DNA from: the human T2T-CHM13v2.0 reference genome, Homo sapiens
Length of the DNA stretch: 64,000 nucleotides
Reading direction: 5' to 3' (one strand)
NCBI RefSeq assembly: GCF_009914755.1
Contig: NC_060934.1
Below, piece after piece: positions 27,701 to 40,030 of this stretch (position 1 is the first letter of the stretch; each line of letters begins with the position of its first letter). Both the position numbers and the translations under genes were made by a program. A model generated the notes under the pieces. The model did no database searches. It was not told the DNA's origin and was given only the letters and a program-made list of their open reading frames with translations.

Positions 27701-28199
27701 TCACTTGTAAGGCACAGTTAGACAATGGAGCATTCAATATCAGCAGAATTTACTGTCTCTTCTTCCATGGAGCTACTTTCTCCTGTGACGCCATGATTTC
27801 CATGCTTTCAAGCAGATTTCAGTCATTCTAGGCTATCCCATCCTATCAGCAACCTGCTGAACAAAGTTGCCACTTTAACAAAATAACAATGCCCAGTCCT
27901 GGCATGGAGTCTCTTTGGCTCTCGTTGGCCTGACTTGGTTATGTGACCATCCAACTCAAACTGACTTCAGCAAACTAAAAATAATTTTGGTACTGCAGAT
28001 AATAATAATGTAAAAAGGAAATAACTGTGTGTGTGTGAGTGTGTGTGCAATTTATTGTTTATTGAGTCACACATTTAAAAAGTCAAGGGAAAAATCCAGT
28101 TTCAGGTAAGGCATCATGCACCCTGTCTCTCTGTGTTTTATTAAATTTACTATAGTAAAACTGTATATTTTACTAAATTTACATAATATTTTACTAAAT

Positions 28200-29750
28200 G
28201 AGCATGTGATTTCTTGGTGTCAATTGCAATTTTCCAGGAGTCTGTCCCTGCACAAATATAAGGTCAATAGTGAATTGATGTCCCCAATTTTCACTTAAGT
28301 ATTACAACATTTTGATAACTTAAACTGTTATCATATTTATGTTGTATGAAACAGTTTACCTTGAATTGTATGCCATCAGATTTTCCTATTACTAGGTCCT
28401 CTCTTTTTGTAACTTTTGTATGATATCTTTGTTCCTTTGTTTACTTTTAATATTCTATTAAATACTTTATCATACAAATAGAATATAGCTGGACTTATTT
28501 TATGCAGTATGAGAATATTATATTTTTCTTAATGTAGAAATTTAACCATTCACAAGTATTTTGAATACTTACATGTTTGCATTTATTCTTGTCTATTTAT
28601 TGTATTATTTTCTATTTATCATGATTTATAGATCCTCATATAGGGAATGGTATACTAATAGTAAATATTTTACTAAATGAGTAGAAGTTGGAATATGATA
28701 AAAACATATAATTGTCAGGTAAAAAAAAATAAGGGAGTTTTTTTTCCTTTATTTTATTCTAGTGGTTGGAGGAACTAAATCTTGTTTTCATTGTTAGAAT
28801 GCTGACAGAACTTAACCAAACATACTTTGAGATTTTTCAAGATCTTAATAAAATAATGAGTATATGTAACTCTCTATGTTGAACAAGGCAATATTTGAGT
28901 ATCATTCCACTGCAACTTTTATTAATCATGTTTTGGTTAAACGTATGAGTTTCTGGCTACAGATAATTCATATTTTGCATCAGAAAGCAATCCTATTTGA
29001 ATAATTTCAGTAATCTTCACACCTACATTGTAAATACTCTTTTTAAGATTTAATCATTGATTTGACTATTTATTGTCTCTCATGTCTCTTAAATTCCATT
29101 TCTTCTTCTCTTGTATATTTTTGTTTCATTTATCTCCAGTGCATTTTTGATAACAAAGCTTTGTTGGTGACAACAATTTTGAGTCCTTTCATGCTTTATG
29201 ATAAATGATACCTTTGCCCTCAACTTAAATGATAATTTTTGTGGACAAATGTCTCGCTCCTAATATTTTTTTTCCACAGAATTAGAAAAGAAGTCAATAT
29301 CTTTTGTTAACATCTATATTTTCAACGGACAAATTTGAGGCTAACACTTCTGATTTTTTTGTACATCCTTTGAGTTCAGAAACTTAAGAAACATTTAAGT
29401 AAGTGTCTACTTTTTTTGTTGTTGCTCAAAGGGCCACTTTAGTCTCAAGATTTGTTCTATTACTCAGTTCATAGAAATTCTTCAACAAATTATTAATTCA
29501 GTCACAATTATCACTTCTCATCCCACAATTCAATAACCTCATTATATATATATATAAAATATTATATATACATATATACAATTTTTTCCCTTGTTTTTAC
29601 TAAGACTTTTGCTAATGGTTACTGGATCTGCTCAATGTGTTCTCCACAGCTTCTCACTTTTATCTCACTTGTTGGGTCCCCATTTTTCTATATTCTGGGA
29701 GATTTCTTTGACTCTTTCTTGCACAATGCTAATTCTGTCTTCAGTCATGC
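28200..29750 (-). mobile_element. Highly decayed L1ME-like sequence
   Basis: T-rich antisense L1 character (tttaaccattcaca, gagtcctttcatg, gaagtcaatatctt); approximate. Confidence 0.5.
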
Positions 29751-30754
29751 CCTTTGACAGAGAGCTGGCTGCTGACTGCAGCTCATTGTCTGAGTGGCTC
29801 AACAGGGAGGTTTCCCCTGATGGTGTTTGGGTGAGGAGAGGGAAAGGAAGGTGGAGAAGTGCATAACTTTCATTAGAAGAGACCTTTACATTCGTCATGG
29901 AGAATTTCGTTGTGTTTCATTGATAACCAGGGTTGTCTTCCTTTTCCCCCACTTCATACTATTTCAGAATTTTAGAATGTACTTCTCTTTTGTCCTTCTT
30001 AATCGCCCACTCCCAGACCCCGCTTTCAGAATGCCTCCTTCTCCCACAGGCATTTTCTTTTGCTTAAAGAGATATTTTCTGTGCCTTAGTCTGAGGACAA
30101 ACTCTACATCTCACCATTCTGTATGAACAGTAAGGAGGAGCATGGCTGACCCAGCTGCATGGCCAATAGTCCTTTACATGATCATCCTTGTAGCTACCCT
30201 CTGATCAACATGCCTTCCTTGCACTTTTAACCATTCCTCGGAGTTCCTCCAAGGCTTGTTGAGTGCTTCATGAAGAACAGCTCCTATCCCTGCAATGGTT
30301 CTTTTCTTTGTTGGTGTTGGCCTATTGTTTTCACAACTCACTTCTGCCTTAGCCAATCTCATCTGCTCCCTGTCATCCATCAATTCTTTCAAATATGTTA
30401 ATAAACTTTCCCTCTTCTTCTTACAGATCTGTTATTGATTTACATGTTTTCTTGTACATTTTCTGTTTTACGTTTTTTTTTTTTCACCAAAATCTTTGAA
30501 GGGGAGGTAAACAGTGACACTCAGTCTCCTGCATTGAAGACCGAGGTTAGCAAGCCTTCTGGATTGGCTGAATCAACTTCAGTTACAACCTCATTCCCCA
30601 TCTCTTTCTACTATTGAAGTTCTAAAGTCTAAAAAACTACAACTTTAAACTCCGTTGCAGTTAGAAGTGGCTATATGACTCAGTTCTGGACAAGGACATA
30701 TAAGCAGAAATCTCACAGGAGGGTTTTCGTTCATCAATTAAGAAGGAAAGACTT

Positions 30755-31079
<325 letters not shown>

Positions 31080-31534
31080 TCATTCCCCCTTCCACCTTTG
31101 CATTTTTCCTTTCTCTTTTTATCTGGTAACCTTCAGAGAGCCAGCACAGGACCTAAACCAATGTTCTAAGGATGGTGGAGTATAAATAGAGAAATGCTCT
31201 CAGCCTCTGATGGTGTTGGTGAAGAGTGGAATCAATACGAACAATACTTTATCCAGAGGTTTTTTTCTTTTTAAGAGAGGACCCTATTTTTTAAAGCTAC
31301 TCGTAGACAGATTTTTTAAAATTACCAAAAGCTTAATGCAACCTCAGTAAGGCTTATTTCTTTCTCAGCAAAGCACAAGTTACAATAGTCAAAGGGACTC
31401 CATAACCTTGAGTGGATTACTAAACTACCTATGTTTATTTCTGCTTACAGATTTAATGATAATAGAATATGTCATTGAAATAGATCCCATTGATGAATAA
31501 ATATTAATGATCAATAAAACATTATTAACTTAAT

Positions 31535-31790
31535 ATTGTTAAATTAAAATTTAGATAGTACTATTCCCCAGGTTGGTTTATAGATTCGACACAATCTCTA
31601 TCAAAATCCCTTCAAACTTCTTTGCAGAAATTGACAGGCTGATTAAAATTCTTATGGAAATGCAAAAGACCCAGAATGGCCAAAACAATCGTGAAAAGAG
31701 AGAATGATGTTGAAATTATGCTTTCTGATTTCAAAATTTACTACAAAGCTACATTAATTGAGGCAGTGTGGAATTGGCATAAGAACATAT
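31535..31790 (+). mobile_element. L1M ORF2 fragment
   Basis: tatagattcgacacaatctctatcaaaatccc..gaaattgacaggctgatt..ctacaaagctaca..cagtgtggaattggcataa. Confidence 0.85.
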
Positions 31791-32105
31791 GAAGTAATTA
31801 TTAATATCACCATGCCACACATCTTTAAAACAACTGGAACTTACTGACACATTTAAATACAAACAATGCTCAAATTCAAGCAACCCAGGACTTTACTTGA
31901 ATATGAGCTTGGGGAAGAAGCCACCTTATTGCTTCTGTTTATAAGCTGGGCTCTTTCTTGCCTCATCATGTTGTCCAGGTGATACTCCTAGTTGCAAAGA
32001 ACTTAGAATTGGAAGGTAACTTTCTTCACAGGAGCTTTTCATAAAAGTTAACACGTTAACATTGTAACATGACATATACCAAATAACAATGAAAAGAACA
32101 CTGCT

Positions 32106-32418
32106 TGCTGGGCATGGTGGCTCATGCCTGTAATTCCAGCACTTTGGGAGGGGATCACCTGAGGTCAGGAGTTCGAGATCAGCCTGGCCAAAATGGAGAA
32201 ACCCCGTCTCTACTGAAAATACAAAAATTAGCTGGGCATCATGGCGGGCACCTGTGATCCCAGCTACTCAGGAGTCTGAGGCGGAAGAATGGTTTGAACC
32301 TGGGAAGCGGAAGTTGCAGTGAGCCGAGATCACACCATTGCACTCTAGCCTTGGCGGTAAGAGTGAAACTCCATCTCAAAACAAAAACAAAAACAAAAAC
32401 AAAAACAAAAACAAAAAA
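32106..32418 (+). mobile_element. AluS (Sq-like) with a small left-arm deletion
   Basis: Dimer, tttgggag|gggatcacc deletion, (AAAAAC)n tail. Confidence 0.96.
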
Positions 32419-32880
32419 ACAGTGATGAACTTGAAGTTTGACGTCAAGATCCACTTTGGGTAGTAGTTGGAGTGTTGCTAGAGGGCTTTGATGCACAGTA
32501 ACAGAGTGCTGCAGTAAGTATTCTAGGCAGAGTAAAAACGATGTGGAAAGTTTAATTTGAGAAATGTTAAAATATAAGCTACTTTTAACGTGCCTGCTAT
32601 TTAGGCACGTTAAATATAAGTCACTAAAAAAACATGGTCTGAATACAGACACAGGTATTATGGTACATATATCCAGAATGGTTATTAATTTTAGCAGAGC
32701 TTCTGCAAATGAGGGTGCTGAGCTACTTTGGATACACAGTTCTGGACATGTTGCACTTGCAGGATATCTGAGAAGTCTCTGTTCTATTGAATTGGTAGGA
32801 TGGGTCTCTAAACTTGGCCTCAGTGAGGCTAAACAGCTCTTGTTTGGATCAAAATGAATGGCTTCACATATGTAGAGGAT

Positions 32881-33274
32881 TTATATGGTTTGGATATCTG
32901 TCCCCTCCAAATCCTATGTTGAAAAGTGATTCTCAAGGTTAGAAGTGAGGCCTGGTGGGAGGTGTTTGGGTCATGGGGGCAGATTCCTCATGTACATCTT
33001 CGTGTCTTCCCCATGGTAATGAGCAAGTTCTCTCTCTTTTACTTCATGCTAGAGCTGGTCTTTAAAGGAGACTGGCGTTTTCTACTCCCCCTTTCACCAT
33101 GTGATGTGCCTTCTCCCCCTTCACCTTCAGCCATGATTAGAAACTTCTTGAGGCCTCACCAGGAGCTGAGCAGATACCAGCACCATGCTTCCTGTACAGC
33201 CTGCAGAACCATGAGTCTTTATATATTTCCCAGTCTCAGGTATTCCTTTGTAGCGATGCAAACAGGCTAAGAAA
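32881..33274 (+). mobile_element. MSTB-like MaLR solo LTR
   Basis: atatggtttggatatctgtcccctccaaatc..ggtattcctttgtagcgatgcaaacaggctaa. Confidence 0.88.
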
Positions 33275-33886
33275 AGGGCGTGCAGGAAACTTCAAGTTGG
33301 CAATTGAGGGTTAGAACGTAACATCATGATCATATGAATAGTATTTTTTGATGGGTGTATCGATATCAAGATACAAATAAAATTTTGTAGGCAGATATCA
33401 CCTCTTAGTATAACACCCTGAAATTTGAGAAAGCCAAATAGTAAAAAAAATAAAAATAGTGTTACTATAGTTCTAGGGAAGTGTGGTTTGGTGGGAACAG
33501 CATATGACTTGTCATTGGAGCGCTGTGGGTGTGCACCTGCTTCCAACCTCCATCGTGTCCATGCAGAAAGGTCATCGTTTTGCTTCCCTGTGGTATTTGA
33601 AGGAATTGTTTCATTGCAAGCTATGAAACCCGACTGTTAGAATCCTAAGGCGAAAACAGTAATGCATGGCCCAGGCACCACTCTTCAGGAAGAATAAGGA
33701 TAGTCCTTGTCTGAAGGGTGACTCTAGGATCCTGAAACTGGGTTCCACGAGTGCCTGTACGCTGCCTTTTTTTAGTGATTTTCTCTGCAGGGTGGCTTTA
33801 TTCTGTACACTAACTTCACCATATTGGGGAACACACGACTACGAGACACTCTGGATTGATGCTTGTACGGCTTAAGAGCAAAGAAA

Positions 33887-33995
33887 AAACCCCGTCTCTA
33901 CTGAAAATACGAAAATTAGCTGGGCGTATTGGCGGGCACCTGTGATCCCAGCTACTCAGGAGTCTGAGGTGGGAGAATCGCTTGAACCTGGGAGG
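33887..33995 (+). mobile_element. Doubly truncated Alu mid-section (linker plus part of right arm), no tail or TSD
   Basis: aaaccccgtctctactgaaaatac..cttgaacctgggagg; shares private variants with the Alu at 32106. Confidence 0.95.
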
Positions 33996-34373
33996 GGTTT
34001 TAATTAACTGTATTTCAAAATCTCCAGGGATCTTCTGAGTAGCTCAGCTTGGGTCACGTGCCCCACAAGCTCCTGCTCCTGCCGGTCATATGAGGCAGGT
34101 GGATCAGGCCAGTTTGGGTCTTAAGGTGACCCCTGTGGCCAGAAAGGCAGCATTATGTGATTATTCTACCTCCGGTGGGGGAGAGGGGAAGGGAGAGGAG
34201 ACAAAACAATGCATAGATTGTAGATATTATTTTTTATTAGGTCTAATAATAATATGAAGTTAATAGCACTTTTCAGAAAGCTGAGTAAGGGAGATTATGT
34301 GAAGGGGCTTTGAAATCTATAATTCATCGTATTGCTGAGATGGTTATTCTAATATTCATAGGTACTTAAAATA

Positions 34374-34408
34374 GAGCAGTCACCTTTACTACCACTAGAT
34401 GGCAGTCA
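34374..34408 (+). promoter_or_regulatory. CTCF motif (core plus possible upstream motif)
   Basis: ACCACTAGATGGCAGT at 34391-34406 matches CCASYAGRKGGCRS exactly; GCAGT lies 16 bp upstream of the core CC. Confidence 0.6.
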
Positions 34409-34659
34409 AGTATAATTAGCCTATCCAAATGCTGACTACGCAGTTTCTAAAAATAAGTCTAGAATGAAATCCATTTTTAAGTGGCCTTGAATGAGCCAGA
34501 AGGTGAAATGTAAAGCAGTTTAAAGAAAAGTAGCTCATACCTGGAAAATAATATGATATTTCTTGGCTTCAATTGTTTTCTCAAATTCATTCATTCACTC
34601 GTTCAAGAAACCTGTGTGCTAAATGGCCACTTTTTTCTTGTTTACTCTTTTTATAAAAA

Positions 34660-34887
34660 ACAGTATTATTAATATATAATTTACACATCATGAAGTTCAC
34701 CCATTTCAAATGTACGATTTAATAGGTTTCGTATATACAGAGTCGTGCAACCATCACCACAATTGAACTTTAGAACATTTTTGTCACCCCCAAAAGAATC
34801 CTTGTCTTTGTGTCCAGGCACCCCCTCCATCCCAGCCCTAGGTCACCAACAGTCAATTTTCTTTCTCTAGAGTTTTTTCAGTTCTAG
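34660..34887 (-). mobile_element. L1MB-like 3' end
   Basis: ttcacccatttcaaatgtac..gtgcaaccatcaccacaa..tagaacatttttgtcacccccaaaagaa..cccagccctagg. Confidence 0.85.
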
Positions 34888-34902
34888 GCAGGTGTCTTAT
34901 TT

Positions 34903-35226
34903 ATTTATTTTTATGTTTATTTATTTTTTTGAGACGGAGTCTCGCTGTATCGCCCAGGCTGGAGTGCAGTGGTACCATCTCAGCTCACTGCAAGCTCCAC
35001 CTCCTGGGTGCACGCCTTTCTCACAGGCGCCCACCACCACGCCCGGCTAATTTTTTTTTCTTTCTTTTTTTTCTTTTTCTTTCTTTTTTTTTTTTTCTTT
35101 GTATTTTTAGTAGAGACGGGATTTCGCCGTGTTAGCCAGGATGGTCTCGATCTCGTGACCTCGTGATCCGCCCACCTCGGCCTCCCAAAGTTCTGGGATT
35201 ACAGGTGTGAGCCACCGCGCCCGGCC
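34903..35226 (-). mobile_element. AluY with an internal deletion and expanded linker
   Basis: gttagccaggatggtctcgatctc, gacctcgtgatccgccc; perfect 15-bp TSD gcaggtgtcttattt. Confidence 0.97.
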
Positions 35227-36125
35227 GCAGGTGTCTTATTTTTAACCAGAGAATATAGAGTTTGAGTTTTCTGTTGGACAAATCAACATACAGCCAGCAT
35301 TTCTCACAGAGTGATGTGGTTAATGTATATGTGTTCTTATCTGATCATTCATTTATTCACTCACTTACTTATTTTGTGCACCTGTAATATATACTACGGT
35401 GCTGATTCTTTGCCAAAGTAGTAAAGTCTGTGCCTTACTGGAAGCTCAGAATGGGTTCCTTGGAGTTGTAGGGAGAAGACACCAAAGGGCTGGATTCTGC
35501 ATTCTCATTGGTTATGTGTTCCAGACAGGTGGGATCTAGCACAAATCTGTGCTTTGAACAATGACACTAATAATGATTAGCATGTATTGAAACATACTGT
35601 GGCATACTTGGCAGTGCTCTAAGAGCTTATAGTATTGTGTTTAGCCATATTTAAAAATATATTACATATTAATATCAATCTCAGAAAGCTGCTTGAATCA
35701 GATAAAACAAATGAATGAGTTTTGAAAGCTCTGATAAACCATGATATGTTATACCATTACTCTAAATTAATTATACATGTTCAACCTCTATAACTTTAGA
35801 GATGATGAAAGTGACGTTTGGGTTTATACAGCTAAGAAATTGAAGGGTCTCTAAGCCCTAAGCATAACCATATAAACTCATCAAAACTCATGCAGTGCAT
35901 GGAGTGTAAGTTTTATGCTTGTTATTTCAGGTCTGTTATACTAACGAACATCTAATAAGTACTAAATACCTATTTTTAGAATAATTGCATATTTTTGTTC
36001 TATACACATTCCACTTCGAAGACTATTGTTTTTTACCTAGTTTTTATCTTTTGTTTCTCACAGCACTTTTTAAAGGAATCTTTGGCAGCTAGGTAAAGAA
36101 AGGGGTGCTCTAAATGAAAAAGTTC

Positions 36126-36454
36126 TTTCTGTTTCTTTCTTTCTTTTTTTTTTTTTTTTTGACGAAGTCTTGCTCTGTCACCCAGGCTGGAGTGCAGTGG
36201 CACGGTCTCGGCTCACTGCAACTTCCCCCTCCCAAGGTCAAGCTCTCCTTATGCCTCAGCCTCCCAAGTAACAGGGACTACAGGCATGCGCCACCACGCC
36301 TGGCTAATTTTTGTATTTTTAGTAGAGACAGGGTTTTGCCGTGTTGGCCAGGCTGGTCTCGAACTCTTGGCCCATCCACCAATCACAAGGGTGATTCGCC
36401 CATCTCGGCCTCCCAAAGTGCTGGGATTACTGGCATGAGCCACCGTGCCAGGCC
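36126..36454 (-). mobile_element. AluS-type with a small internal insertion
   Basis: Full dimer; TSD taaatgaaaaa(g/c)ttc. Confidence 0.96.
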
Positions 36455-37051
36455 TTTAAATGAAAAACTTCAAAAAAGATATCTCATGTTAAAATTCTTT
36501 GAGGAAGCAGAACTAGACTCTTTAATATGAAAAATTAGTAATTTGAAAAAATGGACTGTTTAACAAGTGACTGTTGACAATGTAGCTACTTCTGAAATGT
36601 TCAAGATGTACACGAAAGCACAAAGTCTACAGAGAAAAAGAGGTGGCAAACAGACAGCTAAAACAGCACGGCAACCTCAAGTTATTTGTGGAATACAGAG
36701 AGGGAAGATCTATGTGGGGTTGAGTGTGAACTAGGAATACGAGTTGGAAGAGTGTTCCTGGAAAACAGGGCCGCTGGGCAAAGTTTTGATGGGCAAATAG
36801 AAGTTAGTTGAAGGATGGAGTGAGATTTGAGACTCACTCAAACAGAAATAGAGCGTCCATGAAGATTCAAGTGTGGGAGAGGCATCATGCCTGCTGGGGA
36901 GTGAGGTGCAGAGATGGAAGTAAGTCTGGAAAGGCAAGAGAATCCAAGTCATGGAGCGCTTCTTACACTATGCTTTTAGAAACAAAGAGAAACCACTGAA
37001 AGACTTCAAACAGCAGTGAGATAGATTCCCATGTATTTTTCAGAAAGGCAA

Positions 37052-37711
37052 AGTTATGGACTGAATGTGCCTTCTCATCCCGATTTGAATGTTGAAATCA
37101 AATCCCCAAAGTGATGGTATTAGGAGGTGGGACCTTTGGGAGGTGATTACGTCATGAAGGTGGAGTCCTCCTGAATGGGACTACTGCTCTTATAAGAAGA
37201 GGCCAGAGCCAGCTCACTCTCTTTCCACCATGCAAAGACACAAGGAGAACAGGCAGTCTGCAACCTGGAGCAGTGCTCACACTGGAACCTGCACCTCAGT
37301 TTCACCATCTCTAAAGTTATAGAGGTGGAACATGTGTAATTCATTTAGAGTAATGGTATAATGTATCATGGTTTATCAGAGCTTTCAAAACTCATTTTTT
37401 TAATCTGATTCAAGCAGCTTTCTGAGATTTTCATATGTAATGTATTTTTAAAATAAGGCTAAACACAATATTATAAGCTCTTAGAGCATTGCCAAGTATG
37501 CCACAGTATGTTTCAATACATGCTAATCATTATTAGTGTCATTATTCAAAGCGCAGATTTGTGCTAGATCCCAACTGTCTGGAACACATAACCATTCCAG
37601 CACACTGCTCTCTGACTTACAGCCTCCAGAACTGTGAGAAATAAATTGCTGCTGTTGATAACCCATTCCGTTTATGATATTTTATTATAGTCACTCAAGA
37701 TGATGAAGACA
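37052..37711 (+). mobile_element. MLT1A-like MaLR LTR interrupted by a ~310-bp inverted local copy
   Basis: ttatggactgaatgt..gtgatggtattaggaggtggg..[insert]..cagcctccagaactgtgagaaataaa..gaagaca; TSD ggcaa/ggcag. Confidence 0.9.
37286..37594 (-). repeat. Inverted duplicate of 35509-35824
   Basis: Reverse complement aligns end to end with ~22 substitutions and 3 small indels by hand (~92%). Confidence 0.97.
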
Positions 37712-38540
37712 GGCAGCTCTAGGGAACACTAGGAGAACAAAATTGAAGGGACCCAGTGAAGACAGGGTAGCCAATGAAGATATTGTTATGGTATTTTTAG
37801 GGAGAAAGTGTGCATACTTGAATCAAAACATAAACCTATGGAATAAAAATTTAATGACTGAGGACAAACAACACAGGTAGAATTGGCTAAACTTTGTGAC
37901 TCATTGAACATGGGACATGAGAGAAAATGAAGATTCCAAGCTAACACCCGAGAGTTTTGCTTGTTCTACTGGGCAGAAGTTTATACCATTAACCAATACA
38001 GGGAATATGTGAGAACAAAACTGGTTCTAGAGGGGCTAGGTAGAGATGACACTGGATGGGATAAATTTGAATTGCCACTGGAATATCCAAATGGAAATAT
38101 GCTGCTAGAAATGTGATATTAAGGCATTAAGGTGGGAGATAAATTTTGGCTGAAGATAAACTTTTCAGAGATATGTGCATATCAACGATAGCTGAAGTAA
38201 TAGAGTAGATAAGGCCTATTCGAATACCTTTCCCCATTCATCTTCCTGGCAAACTCCTTGTAATAAGTCTTGGTTCTGCTGCACTTCTTCTATAAAGTCT
38301 TTCCTGCCTCTTTAATCAGGCATAGGTCTGTGAGCGTACATGGTGCCCACGCATTTGATACGGTCCAGCAGAGCAGTCATCACCTTGAACTGAAATTGTT
38401 TGCTTACATGTCTGTGAGTCTACTGAACTATGAGCAAAGGGAACATAGCTTTTTATATTTTTATTCCCAAATTTCTTCAAGCCTAGCAGAGTTTCTGGCA
38501 CATAATAGGCATTCGAAAATATATTTAGAATAAATGTTAC

Positions 38541-40030
38541 TCACTAACCTCACACCTGTTAGAAAGGCTATTATCAAAAAGACAAAAGTAACAAACGTGG
38601 GCGAGGATATGGAGAAAAGAAAACCATTGTACACTCTTGGTGGGAATGTAAATTAGCACAGCTATTATGGAAAACATTATGGAGGTTCCTCAAAAATTAA
38701 AAATAGAACTACCATATGATCCAGCAATTCTACTTCTGGGTTCATTTCCAAAGAAAATGAAGTCAGTATGTCAAAGAGAGTTCTGCTCTCTCACTTTTGC
38801 TGCAGCCTTATTCTCAATAGCCAAGATATAGAAATATGGAATCAACCTAAGTACACACCATCCACCAGTGGACGAATGGATAAAGGAATTGTGATTATCA
38901 CATCTATATCACATATGTCAGCAGACCCCAGCCTTTTTGGAACCTGGGACTGGTTTCATGGAAGACAATTTTTCCATGAATCAGGGGGTGATGTAGGGGG
39001 ATGGTTTCAGGATGATTCAAGCTCATTACATTTATTGTGCACTTTATTTCTATTATTATTACATTGTGACATATAAGGAAATAATTCTACAACTCACCAT
39101 GATGTAGAATCAGTGGGAGCCCTGAGCTTCTTTTCCTGCAACTAGACGGTCCCATCTCAGGGTGATGGGAGACAGTGACAGATCATCAGGCATTAGATTC
39201 TCATAAGGACCGTGCAACCTAGATCCTTCACATGTGCAGTTTCCAATAGGGTTCACGATCCTATGAGAATCTAATGCTGCTGCTGATCTGACAGGAAGTG
39301 GAGCTCGGGCAGTAATGTGAGCAATGGGGAGAGGCTGTAAGTACAGATGAAGCTTTGCTCGCTCATCCGCTGCTCACCTCTTGCTGTGCAGCCCAGTTCC
39401 TAACAGGTCATGCAATGGTACCAGTCCATGGCCCAGGGTGTTGGGAACCCCTGATATATATGATACATGTGTGAGATATATATATCATACATGTAGTGTG
39501 TGTGTGTTTGTGTGTGTATAAAATAGAGCACTATTCATTGTTTAAAAAGAAGGAACTCCTACCACTTATGACAACAAGTATGAACCTACAGGGCATTACG
39601 CTAGTGACATAAGCCGGGCACAGAAAAATACTGCATGATCTCACTTCTATGTGAAATCTAAAAGAGTAGAACTCATAGAAACAGAGAGTTGAATGGTGGT
39701 TGTAGGGATGTGGAGGAGGGGTGAAAAATTGGGGAGATGTTGGTCAAAGGGAGCAAAGTTTCAGTTACGCAGGGGAAATAATTTCTGGAGATCCACTGTA
39801 TAGCATGATGACAACAGCTAATAATAATGTATTGTATCTTTGAAAATTTCTAACAGAGTAGATCTTAAATGTATTCACACACAACAAAAGCAACTACCTG
39901 AGGTGATGGATGTGTTCATTAATTTGATCTGGGTAATCATTGAATGAGGTATGTGTAAATCAAATATCATGTTATACACTTTAAATATATTCAATATTAT
40001 GTCAATTATACTTCAACAAAGCTGAAAAAA
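38541..40030 (+). mobile_element. L1MA9/MB-like 3' portion (interrupted by MER1A)
   Basis: cctcacacctgttagaa..ttggtgggaatgtaaattag..gaactaccatatgatccagcaat..gtcaattatacttcaacaaagctg. Confidence 0.9.
38919..39453 (+). mobile_element. MER1A (hAT-Charlie)
   Basis: gactggtttcatggaagacaatttttcc..gcattagattctcataagga..ttgggaacccctg; ~535 bp. Confidence 0.92.

Larger units (their letters stand above)
36700..38535. mobile_element. L2 fragments (minus ~36700-38220 split by MLT1A; plus-strand 3' end ~38230-38535)
   Basis: aaccactgaaagacttcaaacag..gatatccaaatgga; tggcacataataggcattcgaaaatatatt. Confidence 0.6.

Noticed and set aside
34533-34560. Minus-strand ttattttccAG|GTatga recursive-splice-like site
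   Set aside because: Short pyrimidine tract and non-optimal donor; expected by chance in 64 kb
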